64,000 bases of DNA. Source: Malacoraja senta (lineage: Eukaryota). Position numbers and translations under genes: made by a program. This document shows, piece after piece, positions 1-13,487 of the stretch (positions are counted from its first letter, which is position 1; the number at the start of each line of letters is the position of its first letter). The stretch is from NCBI GenBank assembly GCA_038087875.1, contig CM075990.1, forward strand, positions 7,566,001 through 7,630,000, in the 5' to 3' direction. Under the pieces are notes generated by a model. That model was not told the DNA's origin. It ran no database searches and was given only the letters and a program-made list of their open reading frames with translations.

Positions 1-200
1 GGTTTACAAAAAAAAGACACAAAGTGCTGGAGTAACTCAAGCAGCATCACATGAGAACATGGATAGGGGCACTTTGGATTGGGACACTTCCTGACCAGAA
101 CTGGCCTCCTCCTGCACCTATTGTCTATTGTCTATTGTCCATTGTCCATGTTCTCCAGAGATGCTTCCTGACCCGCTGAGTTACTCCAGTACTCTGTATC
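1..200. mobile_element. Degenerate inverted pair of Penelope-derived units with a nested CR1 tail
   Basis: gacacaaagtgctggagtaactca faces gctgagttactccagtactctgt; (CTATTGT)n tail lies between. Confidence 0.6.
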
Positions 201-419
201 TTTTATTTGTATCCTTGGATGTTATTCCATTGACCGGTCAGAAATTCTGTAATAGGGTTACTGTGTGAAGGACACCATGTGAAATATACCAAATATCCAA
301 TCCCTCATGTGTCCAATGCCCCAGAATGGCTGATTTCACGACACTCATTTCCTCGTCTGTACTAGTTCCCTGTATCCCTTTAATTCAGGAGGCATGTGGA
401 GTAATTGGAGAGCATGCAG

Positions 420-830
420 AAACTATTTGCCTGGATGCTGCCTGAATTAGAGGATATTCACTATGAGAGTTTGAACGAACTTGGATTGGTTTCTTTGGAG
501 ATGGAAGGTCCATGTCCATTGCAATGTCCCATTGTGCAGTTGAAGATGATGCCAAGTTAAACTAGTCCTGTATACCTGCACATAATCCATCATAAGCTCA
601 AACACCATGCTCATATCTACCTCCACCACCTCCCCTGGCAGCATTCCAGACTTTGTGTATAAACAGTAGCCCACACATCTCCTTGAACCATTCTCCCTCT
701 GATCTTAAAACTCTGCCCTCCGGTCTTTGATATTTCCACACTGGGAAAAAGGTTCTGACTGTCTACACTATCTATGCCTCTCATAATTTTATAAACTAAT
801 ATCAGGTCTCCCCTCAATCTCCAATGCTGA
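420..830 (-). mobile_element. CR1-type LINE 3' fragments
   Basis: RGDLILVYKIMRGID. Confidence 0.75.
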
Positions 831-1037
831 AAGAAAGTACATTTTTAAGCTAGTCCTTTATCAAAAAATAAGTCCTACATTACTGGGCCAATGAAACACA
901 TGTTTTGTTGAAGACAGAGACAAAGTGCTGGAGTATCTTGGTGTACACCCATGTTTTGTCTTCCCATTTGCCACCGTCTCATGTGTAATACCTCAGGGTG
1001 GAAGAATGCAAACTTACAATCAAATTGTTCACATCAA

Positions 1038-1292
1038 GGGCAGCACGGTGGCACAGCGGTAGAGCTGCTACCTTACAGCACCAGAAACCCGGGTTCAATC
1101 CTGACTATGGGTGCCTTCTGTGTAGAGTTTGCACGTTCTCCCTGTGACCGTGTGTTATCTCTGGGTGCTCCGGTTTCCTCCCGCATCCACAGACGTCCAG
1201 GTTTGTGGGTTAATTAGCGTCTGTAAATTGTCCCTAGTGTGGAGGATAGTGCGAGAGTATGGGGATCGCTGGTTGGCACGGACTCGGTGGGC
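1038..1292 (+). mobile_element. HE1-type tRNA-derived V-SINE
   Basis: A box tggcacagcggtag, B box ggttcaatcc, V domain gagtttgcacgttctccc. Confidence 0.9.
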
Positions 1293-1649
1293 TATGTTAA
1301 CTCACTTAACGTGTATATGTGTGTATATACACGTTATATTTATCTAACTTAACTCACTTAACGTAAATATATATATATGTTAAATCTATATATATATACA
1401 TTGTGAATTAACAGATAAATAAATATATATATATATGTGTACGTATATATGATGTATATGTATGTATATGTGAGTATGCATGTATTTTCGCTCAACTTTT
1501 TTCCCTTGTTTGTTAAATTGGTTACAGTGTACTATGTTTACATTTTCTGTTGTGCTGCTGCAAGTAAGAATTTGTATATATATTTATCTAACTTAACTCA
1601 CATATATATATCAAATGATAGGTGATGTTTTGGGTTGGAACCCTTCTAC

Positions 1650-2210
1650 GTGTGGCTGTGTGTGTGTGTGCGTGCTCACGTCTATGGGAGTGTGTGTGCA
1701 CGCTCGCGACTGTGGGTGTGTGTGTGTGTTTGTAAATGTGCATGTGTGCAAGTGTGTGTGTGTGTGTTTGTGTATATGTGCGTATGTGTGCATGCGTGTA
1801 TGCTTGCGTCTGGATGTGTGTGCGCGTGTGTTTTTGTGTGTGTGCGCCCTCGCGTCTGTGGGTGTGTGCTTGTGTGCGTGTGTGTGCCCATGTGTGAGTG
1901 CACTCGTGTCTGCGGATGTGTGTGTCTATGCTCGCGTGTGTGCATGTGTGTGTGCGATCGTTCGTTTGCTCGTGTGTCAGACAGCACAGAGCTCGCTGTT
2001 GGCTTCTGTCGCCGTCCAACATGTTGACAGAATTGGTCGCCCGACGCGTCACAGAGTGAAACGGTGTCGTCGTTTCCGGGGATCGCCACGAGGAGGCTTA
2101 TGTCATGATCATGTCATGTGTGTGCGTGTTTGTGTATATATGTGTGTGTGTGTGTGCACATAAGTGTATATGTGTGCATGTGTGTATGTGTGGATGCGTG
2201 CGTGTGCATT
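1650..2210. repeat. Complex (TG)n/(TGCG)n microsatellite tract
   Basis: Direct inspection. Confidence 0.9.
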
Positions 2211-2679
2211 TGAAACCTTTACCATCACTGAGAAGAGTAACTAACCTCTGTATCTCTGCTGTGACTTTATGAATAATTGATCCACTGATCTGCTATCACT
2301 TTGATGCTTCATCGTGTCCTTTTAAGAGCTGCTTGCTCCCTCAGAGACAAGTCAAGATCCAAGGTTGTTTATTTATCCAACGCACCCACATATGAACCGG
2401 AATTATGACATTCTTACTTACTTGCTCCTGCTTTCCAGACAATTTAATGCCAAAGCAACAAATATGACTATATAATCAATCATCAGATAGACTCATTCAC
2501 GATTGCTAGGCTGTGTGTGCTGTGGGCCAAACCTCTTGGGTCGAGTGTTTCTGGGCTCTTTTTGCAAAGTTGGTCTGCAAAGTTCAGAGCATCAAATCTT
2601 GTACTTTATGTCGAGGGGGATGAGGCTGAAAAAGTTGGAGAAATGTGGGTTTGGTGACTGACCTCCCCACTGTTGTAGG

Positions 2680-3025
2680 GATCATTTGGAGCAGGTGCCG
2701 TCTCAAAGAGGCAGCCAGCATCATCCAGGACCCCCACCACCCTGGCCACGCTCTCATTTCACTCCTGCCATCGGGAAGAAGGGATAGGAGTTGACAAACA
2801 CCAACGTCCAGGTCCAAGAACTGCTTCTAACAACCATTAGGCTCTTGAATACTATGCACTCCTGCTCCATCTAAACTGTGAACTACAAACTGCATGGATT
2901 GCTCGGGGACTTTGGGCTTTGGTTTGTTTTTGCCCTATTGAGTTTTTATATTTATGAAATTCATTTTTTGTTTGATTTTGTGTTATCTATTGAGAATTGT
3001 ATTATCTCTTGACCTGACCTATTGT
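2680..3025 (+). mobile_element. Rex1/Babar-like LINE 3' fragment
   Basis: IIQDPHHPGHALISLLPSGRR. Confidence 0.7.
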
Positions 3026-3027
3026 GT

Positions 3028-3580
3028 TCAAAGGTTCAAAGGTGAGTTTATGGTCACGTGTACCAATTAAGCTACAGTGATATTCGATTTACCATACAGC
3101 CATACTAAAAAAGCAACACGACACACCACTACATAAAAGTTAACATAAACATCCACCACAACGGATTCCCCACATTCCTCACTGTGATGGAAGGCAATAA
3201 AGTCTAATTTTCTTCGCTCTTTATTCTCTCGTGGTCGGGGCAGTTGAACCATCCGCAGTCGGGGCGATCGAAGCCCCCGCGTCGGGGCGATCGAAGCTCC
3301 TGCGGCTTGAGCTCCCAAAGCCGGTCTCCAGCAGAGACGCCAACTCCACGATGTTAGGCACAGTGCGGACGGAGATACCATATGGAAATAAATCACATCT
3401 CCGTCGAGGTAAGAGATTTTTTTTAAAGTGTCCCCTAACACCCCATCTCCCCCCCCCCCAACCCCCACATAAAACAAGCGAAAGAACTCTAAAACATACA
3501 TTTAACACGTACTAAAAACAACAAAAAAGGACAAGGACGAGACAGACTGCTGGCGAGGCAGCCATTTCTGGCACCACCCG
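3028..3580 (-). mobile_element. Non-autonomous retroelement with (TTTGAAC)n tail; shorter relative at about 34165-34375
   Basis: Shared block aacatccaccaca...cactgtgatggaaggcaataaagt...gtggtcggggc; CpG-rich centre. Confidence 0.6.
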
Positions 3581-4762
3581 GTGACTGCAACTAAGAATTT
3601 CATTGCTCTGGTTTGGGATACAGTATCCGCCAATAAAACACTGTTGAATTGACTCTTGACAGGGACAATGGCAGCTGGCATATTGGTACTGAGGGTCTCA
3701 CTGGCCAGGGTCTCAGCATGCTGGATCTGAGGACCAGGGATCACTATCTAAGAACTTGTGGATCACATGGTCCAACGTCACAATAACAAGGTCACAGGTT
3801 GGGGACCAGGTCAGCTCTTGTGATTCTTGTAGCTTGAGTAAATGAGAATGGGAATGAGAAAGATGGGGGGTGGGGGGGGGGGGGGCAGATAGAAAAAGAA
3901 TGGGAAGATAAATAGACAGAAATAGAGAGAAGAAGGAGAGAGGATAAGAAAGATGATAAGACAGAGGTAGAAAGAAGAGACAGAGCAGAGAGAAGGGCAA
4001 AGGGAAACAGCTGGAATGAGGCAGATGTAGGGGCAGGCACAGAGTTAGGCCATTCTGCCCACTCAGTTTGTGCTGGCTCTCTGGAAGAAAGATGCACTCT
4101 CTCGATCCAAGCTCCAATTGAAATCTTTTTCCACTTCAGTTGGAAACTTCAGGGGGTTTCTGCCACAGTTCCAATTGCCACATCTTCAAACACAACTGCC
4201 TATGTCGTGTTTCATTCATTCAGTCAGCAACCCCCTGCCTCACTCCAGAAGTCAGCAAGTGAGGAAAAGGAGACAGAGGGGAAGAGGAACAAGATTGAGC
4301 AAAAGGAGGAAGGAGATAAAATTGGACAGAAAGGGAAGTGATGAGAGGTGAAATGAGAAAATAATGAATTGAGGGGGGGTGGGGTGGGGGGGGGGGGGGG
4401 GGAGAGTGTGAGGGAAAAGCACCGTATATTCATGTAATTTACGACCTTGATGTGACTTTGGAGTGTCTGGTCGTGTTTGCCTGCTGCTAATATTATATTC
4501 AATAACCTTACTGTACTTAAAAACTTGTGTTGTGCCTTCACAATTCTTTAATAGTTAATGGAGATAGAACAGCATCTGAAATAGCTACATTGTTTGGTCG
4601 TCCTGCTTCCGAACAAAGTCTTGTCTAGACATTCTCATAAGAACACAAGAAGCAGATGTGAGTCGGACCGAGTCAGGGTTTTCTTGTACCCGTTCCACCA
4701 TTCAATAAGAATAAATCCAATCCTGAGCTCTGTCGGTTTTCCTGCCCAAATCCTTTCAGAAT

Positions 4763-5020
4763 TAAAGGACGTTCTTTTCAGAAGGAGATGAGGAGAAATT
4801 TCTTTAGTCAGAGGGTGGTGAATCTGTGGAATTCTTTGCCACAGAAGGCTGTGGAGGCCAAGTCAATGGATATTTTTTAAGGCAGAGATAGATAGATCCT
4901 TGATTAGTAGGGGTGTCAGAGGTTGTGAGGAGAAGGCAGGAGAATGGGGTGAGGAGGGATTGAATGGCGGAGTAGACTTGATGGGCCGAATGGCCTAATT
5001 CTACTTTCACATGAACTTAT
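4763..5020 (+). mobile_element. CR1-type LINE 3' end
   Basis: gagatgaggagaaatttctttagtcagagggtggtgaatctgtggaattc...gggccgaatggcctaattct. Confidence 0.85.
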
Positions 5021-5410
5021 ATCCTTGTGACTTGGTCTACTCCAATTCTGTGGGTTCCGAGGTGGCTGACAAGGCCATTGTAGGAAGTGCAGCCCCTTCT
5101 ACACATGGGGCAGCAGGTAGTTTCCAGGGCAGATGCATGACTAGCTTGTGAGATGTGTGCTGCATTTGCTGCTTCAGCAGGGCTTCATTGTGCTCCTGAT
5201 GCATGGCCTTGACGTTCTCAGTAGCATCCCAAATGCGCTTTCACTTTGAACAGACACGGGCTAGGGATTCTGATGTCCATGAGAATTGGCATTTCTTCAA
5301 GGAAGCGTTGAGCACATCTTTCAACCTATTTTTCTCTCTCGCTTTGTAATCCCTTTCCATGACAGAACTCGGACTGGAATTATGTTCTGAGAGTCTGACA
5401 TCAGCCAGCC
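5020..5410 (-). mobile_element. RTE-clade LINE 3' fragment
   Basis: KRLKDVLNASLKKC; CPMCRRGCTSYNGLVSHLGTH. Confidence 0.65.
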
Positions 5411-5412
5411 TG

Positions 5413-5635
5413 GTTTAGTTTAGTTTGGAGGCACAGCGTGGGAACAGGCCCTTCAGCCCATCGAGTCCGTGCCAACCAGTGATTACCCATACACCAATTT
5501 ACAGAAGGCAATTAACCAACAAGTCTGCACGCCTTGGGATTGTGGGAGGAAACTGGAGCACCCGGACAAATCCCACATGGTCACACGGAGAACGTGCAAA
5601 CTCCATACAGACAGCACCCAAGGTCAGGATTCCAT
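5413..5635 (-). mobile_element. HE1-type SINE, partial
   Basis: V domain and (CTAAA)n tail. Confidence 0.8.
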
Positions 5636-6454
5636 GAGCTGATGGAAACAAGAAATGGGGGGTTGGGGCCACAACAGGGTGCTGAATAAATAACATGCTA
5701 CTTCACCTGAAGTTTCGTCCTGTTGCATCGGTCTTGAGACTTACCGGATTGAAAACCATGCATTTTCCATGTTTAGAAGGATATGGGGCAAACATAGGCA
5801 GATGAGAATAATGTAGATGGGGTATCTTGGTTGGCATGGTCATGTTGGGCCGAAGGGCCTGTTTCCATGCTGTACAGCTCTATGACTTAAACTGCATTCT
5901 ATCATTTCTGGCTGTAAAATGGCTCCACTTTACAATGTAGACTTGGACATTGCAGGCTGTTGAACGTTGCAAGCGTTAGCAAATGTGGTTGGATAACATT
6001 AATCATGTCTGTCGATTGTGAGTGCAAAGCAAGATTTCTTTAGTAGGAGATAAGGAATCTCTAATGCGCCACTGTTTAATTGTGCTCAATTATCTGTCAC
6101 TGTATATCTTCTGATGGATGGCACTGCAACCTGCGTCGAACATTAAGTGAACAAGGAACTGCAGGGTACTGAATAACGGGGACACAAAGTGCTGGAGTAA
6201 CTCAGCGGGTCGGGCAGCATCGTCCATGTTTCAGGTAACTCCTGAAGGAGGAGAAACCATGGACAAAGAGTTGGCAAGTTTAGTTTTAGGTTTAGTTTTT
6301 TTTAGTGATACAGCACTGAAACACTGAGTCCACATCGACACTTTAACCTAGGGACATTTTTTTTAAACATTTACACCAAGCCAATTAACTGCCAATTAAC
6401 CTACAAACCTGTACTGAAGATCTCGGAGAAAACCCACGAAGGCACGTACAAACA

Positions 6455-7235
6455 AGGGGGCAGATTATTATCTCAATGGGGTTAGGTTAGGTAAGTGGGA
6501 GGTACAGCGAGACCTGGGTGTCCTTGTACACTGGTCACTGAAAGTTGGCGTGCAGGTACAGCAGGCAGTGAAGAAAGCTAATGGAATGTTGGCCTTCAAA
6601 ACAAGAGGATTTCAGTATAGGAGCAGAGAGGTTCTTCTGCAGTTGTATAGGGCTCTGGTAAGACCACATCTGGAGTATTGCGTACAGTTTTGGTCTCCTA
6701 ATTTGAGGAAGGACATCCTTGTGATTGAGGCAGTGCAGCGTAGGTTCACAAGATTGATCCCTGGGATGGCGGGACTGTCATATGAGGAAAGATTGAAAAG
6801 ACTAAGCTTGTATTCACTGGTGTTTAGAAGGATGAGGGGGAATCTTATAGAAACATATAAAATTATAAAAGGACTGGACAAGCTAGATGCAGGAACATTT
6901 TTCTCAATGTCGGATGAGTCCTGAACCAGGGGCCACAGCCTTAGAATAAAGGGGAGGCCATTTAAGACTGAGGTGAGAAAAAACCTTTTCACCCAGAGAG
7001 TTGTGAATTTGTGGAATTCTCTGCCACCGAGGGCAGTGGAGGCCAAGTCACTGGATGGATTTAAGAGAGAGTTAGAAAGAGCTCTAAAGGGGCTAGTGGA
7101 ATCAAGGGATATGGGGAGAAGGCAGGCACGGGTTATTGATTGGGGACGATCAGCCATGATCACAATGAATGGTGGTGCTGGCTCGAAGGGGCAAATGGCT
7201 TCCTCCTGCGCCTATTTTTTATGTTTCTATTTTTC
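6455..7235 (+). mobile_element. CR1/HER1-type LINE 3' fragment
   Basis: LYRALVRPHLEYCVQFWSP and FTQRVVNLWNSLP; premature stop at 6922; (TTTCTATG)-type tail. Confidence 0.9.
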
Positions 7236-7344
7236 TAAACTCCGTACAGACAGCACCCAAAGTCGGGATCGAACCCGGTTCTCCGGTGCTTGCAGCAACT
7301 CTACCGCTGCGCCACCCTGCCGCCCTGGCAAGTGATAGCTGGGA

Positions 7345-7720
7345 GTAGACACAAGCTTGCTGGAGTAACTCAGTGGGTCAGGCAGCATCTCTGGAGGAAA
7401 GGAACAGGAGACGCTTCAGATTCTCATAGGTGGGTACAGAGTTTGGCAGATGCGTGGACAAATGCCGGAGATAGAAAGGGGAAAAAATGGTGTCAAAAGG
7501 ACCCTGTTGGGTGGACAACATTTGCTGCTGTTGACTTTTTGTGGCATTTTGAAGGCAGAAGAGTGAAACTAACAGGAACATTTCGTAGACTGACGAAAGG
7601 TCTCGACCTGAAACGTCACCCATTCCTTCTCTCCAGAGACGCTGCCTGTCCCGCTGAGTTACTCCAGCTTTTTGTGTCTATCTTCGATTTAAACCAGCAT
7701 CTGCAGTTCCTTCCTAAGCA
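7345..7720. mobile_element. Penelope-derived units (minus at about 7345-7420, plus at about 7590-7720)
   Basis: Shared block ccttctctccagagacgctgcctgtcccgctgagttactccagc...ccagcatctgcagttcc. Confidence 0.75.
7590..7617 (+). ncRNA. Minimal hammerhead ribozyme core (N7=C, A-U pair opening stem II)
   Basis: CTGACGA-A-AGGT(CTCG)ACCT-GAAACGTC. Confidence 0.6.
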
Positions 7721-8667
7721 ATTTCAAAGTATTGTAACGTGAAAGATATTTAAGAATCCGCGAACCCCACACATTAACACTATCTCCCACAAATATTATT
7801 GAAACTCTCTTCAACATGTACCAGTTTGGATCAGTTTACTGCACAGTCTGAGATGCTGGTGGACCTGATCAATCCACTGTCTGAAATGGTTGCTGGGGTA
7901 ATGACCAAGATTCCCAGGATTTTGTGGCGTGCATGTGATGTCAAACAGGTATCCGAGACGGATTTCTCTCCTTAAAGCATTGCATCAACGTGACATTCAG
8001 TGCCAGCTATGAGCTCCTCGACCTCAAGCAGGGGACCATAGCCTTTCAACTGAGCCGCTGCTAATCCCTGATTTCGTGGCACTGTGTGCAGAAGCCGCTC
8101 GGGGCAACCGAACAGTTTGTCACTCACGTTGGTTAAAAGCTTCATGAAGTATTGAGAAGCATGAAAGAGGCATCATTCAAAAACCCGCTTGCACACAAGC
8201 CTCTTAAATATATTTCCCTAAAACTAAAACAGAATCTGCTCAGACTTTTAAATAATTGATATTAGATGGATCATAATGGGAAGCCTTCCTTTTAATCATG
8301 CCAAACATGCCTCTTCAGCTTCACGTTTATTTTTAATCATCATTTTTTACCGAGGTACTGTGAAAACTTTGTTTTTGCGCACTGTCCAATTATATCCGAT
8401 AGTACTGCACATAAATACAACTGAGTCAAACACATACAATAGGTAGAGCAAAGAGGAAGATACCGACGCAGAATATATAGCTCGGCATGATGCCTGGAAT
8501 TGCTCCAAGCTTTGAGATTTTATTCAGTCAAGTTGCCTTGCATTTGATCCGAATCACCTCACACGTTAGACCTCAGCTCACATAGCAGTGATGCACTCAT
8601 TTTTCCTCACCCTTTCCTCTCTTTATTAGCCCTGTTTTTTATTCTTGCATCGCCTTTAAGTAATTCA

Positions 8668-8916
8668 GGGTGGCACGCTGCGCCAGAGACCCGGGTTCGA
8701 TCCCGACTACGGGTGCTTGTCTGCAGGGAGTTGACCCAAGTGGGGTTTTCTCCGAGGTCATCGTTTTTTTTCCTCCCGCACTCCACAGACGTACAGGTTC
8801 GTGGGTTAATTGGCTCGGTGTGAATGTAAAATTGTCCCTAGTGTGTGTGGAGTAGTGTGAATGTGCGGGCTCGGTGGGCGAAGGGGCTGTTTCTGCGCTG
8901 CATCTCTAAACTAAAC
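8668..8916 (+). mobile_element. HE1-type SINE
   Basis: B box ggttcgatccc; tail gcatctctaaactaaac. Confidence 0.85.
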
Positions 8917-11024
8917 AAATGAATGACCACACAGACAGGTACCACCCAGGTACTAGTCAGTGCCCCTGCTATGCCTCAACTACATTGTGGTTCTGTCTGC
9001 CTCGTTGGCCAGAGGCTCTCTCTCCCCTGGGTGATGCCTCTGAGGTGTGACGGTCAGTGTCTGGATTTCAGCAGCGCACAGCAAGCAGTCTACTCACTGG
9101 AGATGCTGCTGTTTGCATAATGCGAGGGAGGAGAGGAATAATTATGCAGCAGGTGTCTCTGTCATCTCATTGTGAGGTTGGAGCAGACTCTCGTCCACCG
9201 AGATTACGATTTTTCATGAATTTCAGCAGCCTCTGAGTATGTCATTCCCTTCTTTATGTCCCTGTATTTTCCAATGTCGTGGTGCGCGGCCCCACAGCCG
9301 TACAGATAGCACCGTGCAACATTCCCTCATAGATGCTCAACAGAGAAACAGGTGGCGCAGCGGTAGAGTTGCTGCCTACAGCGCTTGCAGTGCCAGTGAC
9401 CCGGGTTCGATGCCGACTACGGGTGCTGTTCGTACGTTCTCCCCGTGGTTTTTCTCCGAGAGTCTTCTTCGGTCCCACACTCCAAAGACGTACATAGGGT
9501 CACTGTTCCCACGCTGTACCTTCTAAAGAGAGGTTTCAGACTGAACAATTGTCATTGTGTTTGCTTCATGACCTTGCACACAAACCTCCTCACAAACCTC
9601 ATTAATGTCCATGATCCAGAGGATTGGAAGCAAAGTGACAAATGGTGAAGTAACCAGAGGGCAACTAGTTACACATCTATCATGTGGAATGCCAAGTTCT
9701 GCAGTCAGTGGGTCAAGCAGCATCTCTGGAGGGAATGGAGGGGCGATGATTTGGGTCAGAACCCTACTGAAACTGCCACTCCATTCCCTCCATGACCCAC
9801 TGAGTCCCTCCAGTACTTTGATTTTCACTCAAGATTCCAGCATCTGCAGATCCTTGTCATTACACATCTATTAAACCGGTTATATTGCCTTAGAGGCAAC
9901 ACAGTAAGGAAACATGGCCTTCAGTACCACAGGTTCTCATCAATGACAAAGTAACCTACCATGGGATGTGGGAGGAAACCGGAGCACTCGGCAGAAACCC
10001 ACGAGGTCAGAAGGATTTTTCTGCAAACTCCACATGACTTTCAGCAAACTCCAACATGCAAACTCCACACAGACAGCACCTGAGGTTAGGATGGCTGGTC
10101 CTGTGAGACAGCAGCTCTACTGGCTGTGCCACTCTAACAATTATAGAAATAAAGATGGTCACAACCCGACGAAGAACTCAGAAATAAAGAAAGAAGAGAA
10201 AGAAAATGATTGTGAAGATAGACACAAAATGGTGGAGTAACTCAGCCGGACAGGCAGCATCTCTGGAGAGAAGGAATGGGTGACGTTTTGGGTTGAGACT
10301 CTTCTTCAGACCCTACTTCAAGGAAATAACTGTGCTTCAGTCAGTGGTGGGTGTGATATGGAATAATGCCATAAAGGCCACTACCTTGTTTCCAGAACTA
10401 AAATCTGCTGTTATTCCAAAGTAAGAAATGTTCATTGTGGAGTGTGTCATTGTGAATAACAATGGCCTCAGCAGTTGCCTGACATTGGCTTTGGCCCGAA
10501 AATTGAGCCGTTTACCTACAATAATAGTGACAGAGAAACACTAACTCAGCCACGTAAGGAGATGTTATGGCAGATAACCAAAAAGCCAGATTGCAAAAAG
10601 GCGGATTGCACGAAGCAGAGACTTGAGGAGCAGCATTGGAAAATATCAAAAAATTAGCGCTTTGGAATCTAAAGATCCTCAATGATGGGGAGACTCAATT
10701 CAGTTGTGGGCAAGGCCAGATTTTGAGAAGGGCACATACCTCAGAGGGTTACAGAAAGGGCAGTGGACCAACAACGAAATATCCTTTACCAAATTTACTC
10801 AACACTTAACTGGGATCAGTGGCTGGTCGAACTATACTCTACGGTGTATGTCATATGGTGCACAGCTTGCTTAAAGGGTCTATACATATGACATGTACTT
10901 TGCTGCGTTCATTTCTATGAATTCTTTGGGAGGTTAGAGCTGATATTAGCTCACCACTCAGTATCTGTTTTATGCATCAAAGCAAGTTTAATTTCAAGGC
11001 AATAATGCCACAGAGTTGGTGCTC

Positions 11025-11275
11025 AAAGTTCACAGGTTATAGGAGTAGAATTGGGCCATTCGGCCCATCGAGTCTACTCCGCCATTCAACCATGGCTGAT
11101 CTCCGCCTCCTAATCCCATTTTCTTGCCTTTACCCCCATACCCCTTTACACCCGTTAGAATCAAGAATTTGTCTATCTCTGCCTTAACAATATCCACTGA
11201 CTTGGCCTCCACAGCCCTCTGTGGCAATGAGTTCCACAGATTAACTACCCTCTGACTAAAGAAGTTCCTCCTCCC
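11025..11275 (-). mobile_element. CR1-type LINE 3' end
   Basis: RNFFSQRVVNLWNSLPQ. Confidence 0.85.
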
Positions 11276-12159
11276 GGTGCTGGTGCCTTCAGTTCCCGGG
11301 GGATATGGAGAAGAATGAATCTTAAACCCCGGGATGGAGGGAGATGGCTGTGGAAGAGACACCCATCTCCTGAGATGCAGGCCAGGTGTGTCGTGTTGAG
11401 CAGGTCAGGCATCTCAATGGGTTCAAAAAACATTGGGTTTCTTGCACCTGAATTTTAAATGTCCAATATTAAAGTGCATTGTCAACAGAAAATCTTGAAC
11501 ACTAGCTAATGCTGTCAATGCAATCGAATAAAACCCACCAGGAACCAAGCTTCACATTCTGTAACACTCCCACAGAGTGAACAATGAAGACAGGAACAGG
11601 CCAACCCAAAGGAGTATGAAGAACCACAGTCAGGCCAGGGATATTTCCAATTGCAAAGCATCAGGAATATTGAATACAGGGTCAATATAACTGGAGTTCA
11701 TTAGATAGAGGTCGACTTAGATTGAAAGGGCTAACCAATGCCTGACCAACGCTTTGATGCTCTTGTCTTAATGGCTGCAGTTGTGCACCTTTTAATTCAT
11801 TAATATGATGAGGGCGTTCACTGCCCGATCCCCACAACCCCACCTAAAGATGGCAGTGAACCGTTTCATTAAACAGTTGATGAGCTCCGATTCGATTGAA
11901 GTTCAGTTCAATTGAGGGTCCCACTTTCAGAAACGCACTGTACGTCAGTGAACTGAGAGTTCTCTCATCAAACTGACTGATCAGTTTAATGAAAAAACTC
12001 CCACTGCACTGGTGCATGGCCAGTTCCTGACTATAGGCCCCTCAATGATGAAGCGGTTGTTCTATAATTCCAAGTCAGGATGGTGTGTAACATGGAAGCA
12101 AATCGGCAATTAGTGGTGTTCCTCTGCGCCTGCCACTCTTGTCTTTGGTGGGAGAGTTA

Positions 12160-12460
12160 GGGCGGCACGGTGGCGCAGCAGTAGAGTCGCTGCCTTGCTG
12201 CGCCAGAGACCCCGGTTCGATCCTGACTATGGGTGCTGTTTGTACGGAGTTTGTACATTCTCCCCGTGACCACATGGGTTTTCTCCGGGATCTTCAGTTT
12301 CCTCCCACATTCCAAGGACAGACAGGTTTGTCGGTTAATTGGCTTGGTATAAGTGTAAATTGTCTGTAGTGTGTGTAAGATTGTGTTAATGTGCGGGGAT
12401 CGCTGGTCGGTGCGGAATAGGTGGGCCGAAGGGCCTGTTTCCGTGCTGTATCTCTAAGCT
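12160..12460 (+). mobile_element. HE1-type SINE, full length
   Basis: A/B boxes, V domain, LINE-derived tail. Confidence 0.9.
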
Positions 12461-12867
12461 GAAAGAAAAGATCATGTACTGCAGAGTAGCTGTTGGAGTA
12501 GCCTTGATAAGTAACTGCAGTGCATTTTGTGGACAGTAAACTCTGCAGCCATGGTGTAATGGCAGTGAAGGGCATGAATGTTTAGGGTGGTGAATGCGGA
12601 GCCATTTCTGGATGCCACTGAATTTATTAAGATGTTACAGATGTTGTCATGCACGCAGGTGGAAAGTATTCCATAATACTCCCAAATTGTTCCTTGTCTG
12701 GAAGCAAAGATATTGGGGGTTGGGCTACTCAGCATCTGAAGTGACCATGCAGCCACTGAAGTGACCATGTAGTTACGTTTTTGATCAGCGGTGAACTCTG
12801 GCATATGGATGTGTCTAGAGCACTAAAAACAGGACCCTGAGAAAATTCACTGGGTCGACGCATTTTT

Positions 12868-13194
12868 TTAGTTTTCATTTTTAGAGATACAATGCAGAAA
12901 CAGGCCCTTTGGCCCACCGAGTCCACACCGAGTCCAGCGATCATCGCATATTAACACTATGTACACAAACTAGGGACATTTTCTTTTTTCATTTCTTTCA
13001 AGCCAATTAACCTACTAATCTGTACGTCTTTGGAATGTGGGAGGAAACCTGAAATCACAGAGGAAATCCAAGCAGGTCACGGGGTGAATGTACAAACTCC
13101 GTACAGACAAGCACCCGGGATCAGGATTGAACCCGGGACCCAGGGCTCTCGCGCTGTGAGGCAGCAACTCTACCGCTGCGCTACTGTGCTGCCA
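12868..13194 (-). mobile_element. HE1-type SINE
   Basis: Same head, V domain and tail on the minus strand. Confidence 0.9.
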
Positions 13195-13487
13195 GCGTGC
13201 AGGCAAAAAGTGCCATTTTGGGTCGAGAACAGAATCCGGCTGCTTGGCCTGCTGAGTTCTTCCATCATCCTGCTTTTTGTTTGTTATGGGTGGTGAGAGA
13301 TTGGTAGTAGCATTGTCTCTGAATGACAACGGTAGATGGTTAGGTTCATTGTTGTCTGTCATCACCTGACCCTTGTGTGGCAAGAATTCTCATTGCCATT
13401 TATCGAGCCACGTCGGAAAGTTGGCCAGCTTTTTTTTTTTGCTGCATGCAGACGTAACTCAGTCATGGTATGAGGAGGTGTGAATGG

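Noticed and set aside
1038..1110. tRNA genes at SINE heads
   Set aside because: The A/B boxes run into the V domain and LINE-derived tail, with no complete cloverleaf or terminator.
1588..2163. Long overlapping Cys/Val- and His/Thr-rich ORFs (also 33645-33943 and 40912-41515)
   Set aside because: These are translations of (TG)/(CA) microsatellites.
3864..4402. G-runs as G-quadruplex elements
   Set aside because: Simple homopolymer or purine-rich low-complexity sequence with no supporting context.
6550..7335. ORFs such as 6550-6924, 30228-30533 and 30806-31246 as host genes
   Set aside because: They are CR1 ORF2 C-terminal fragments with stops or frameshifts.
8128..8217. Minus-strand segment with ttttag acceptor and GTGAGT donor
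   Set aside because: All three frames contain stops, so it is not a coding exon.
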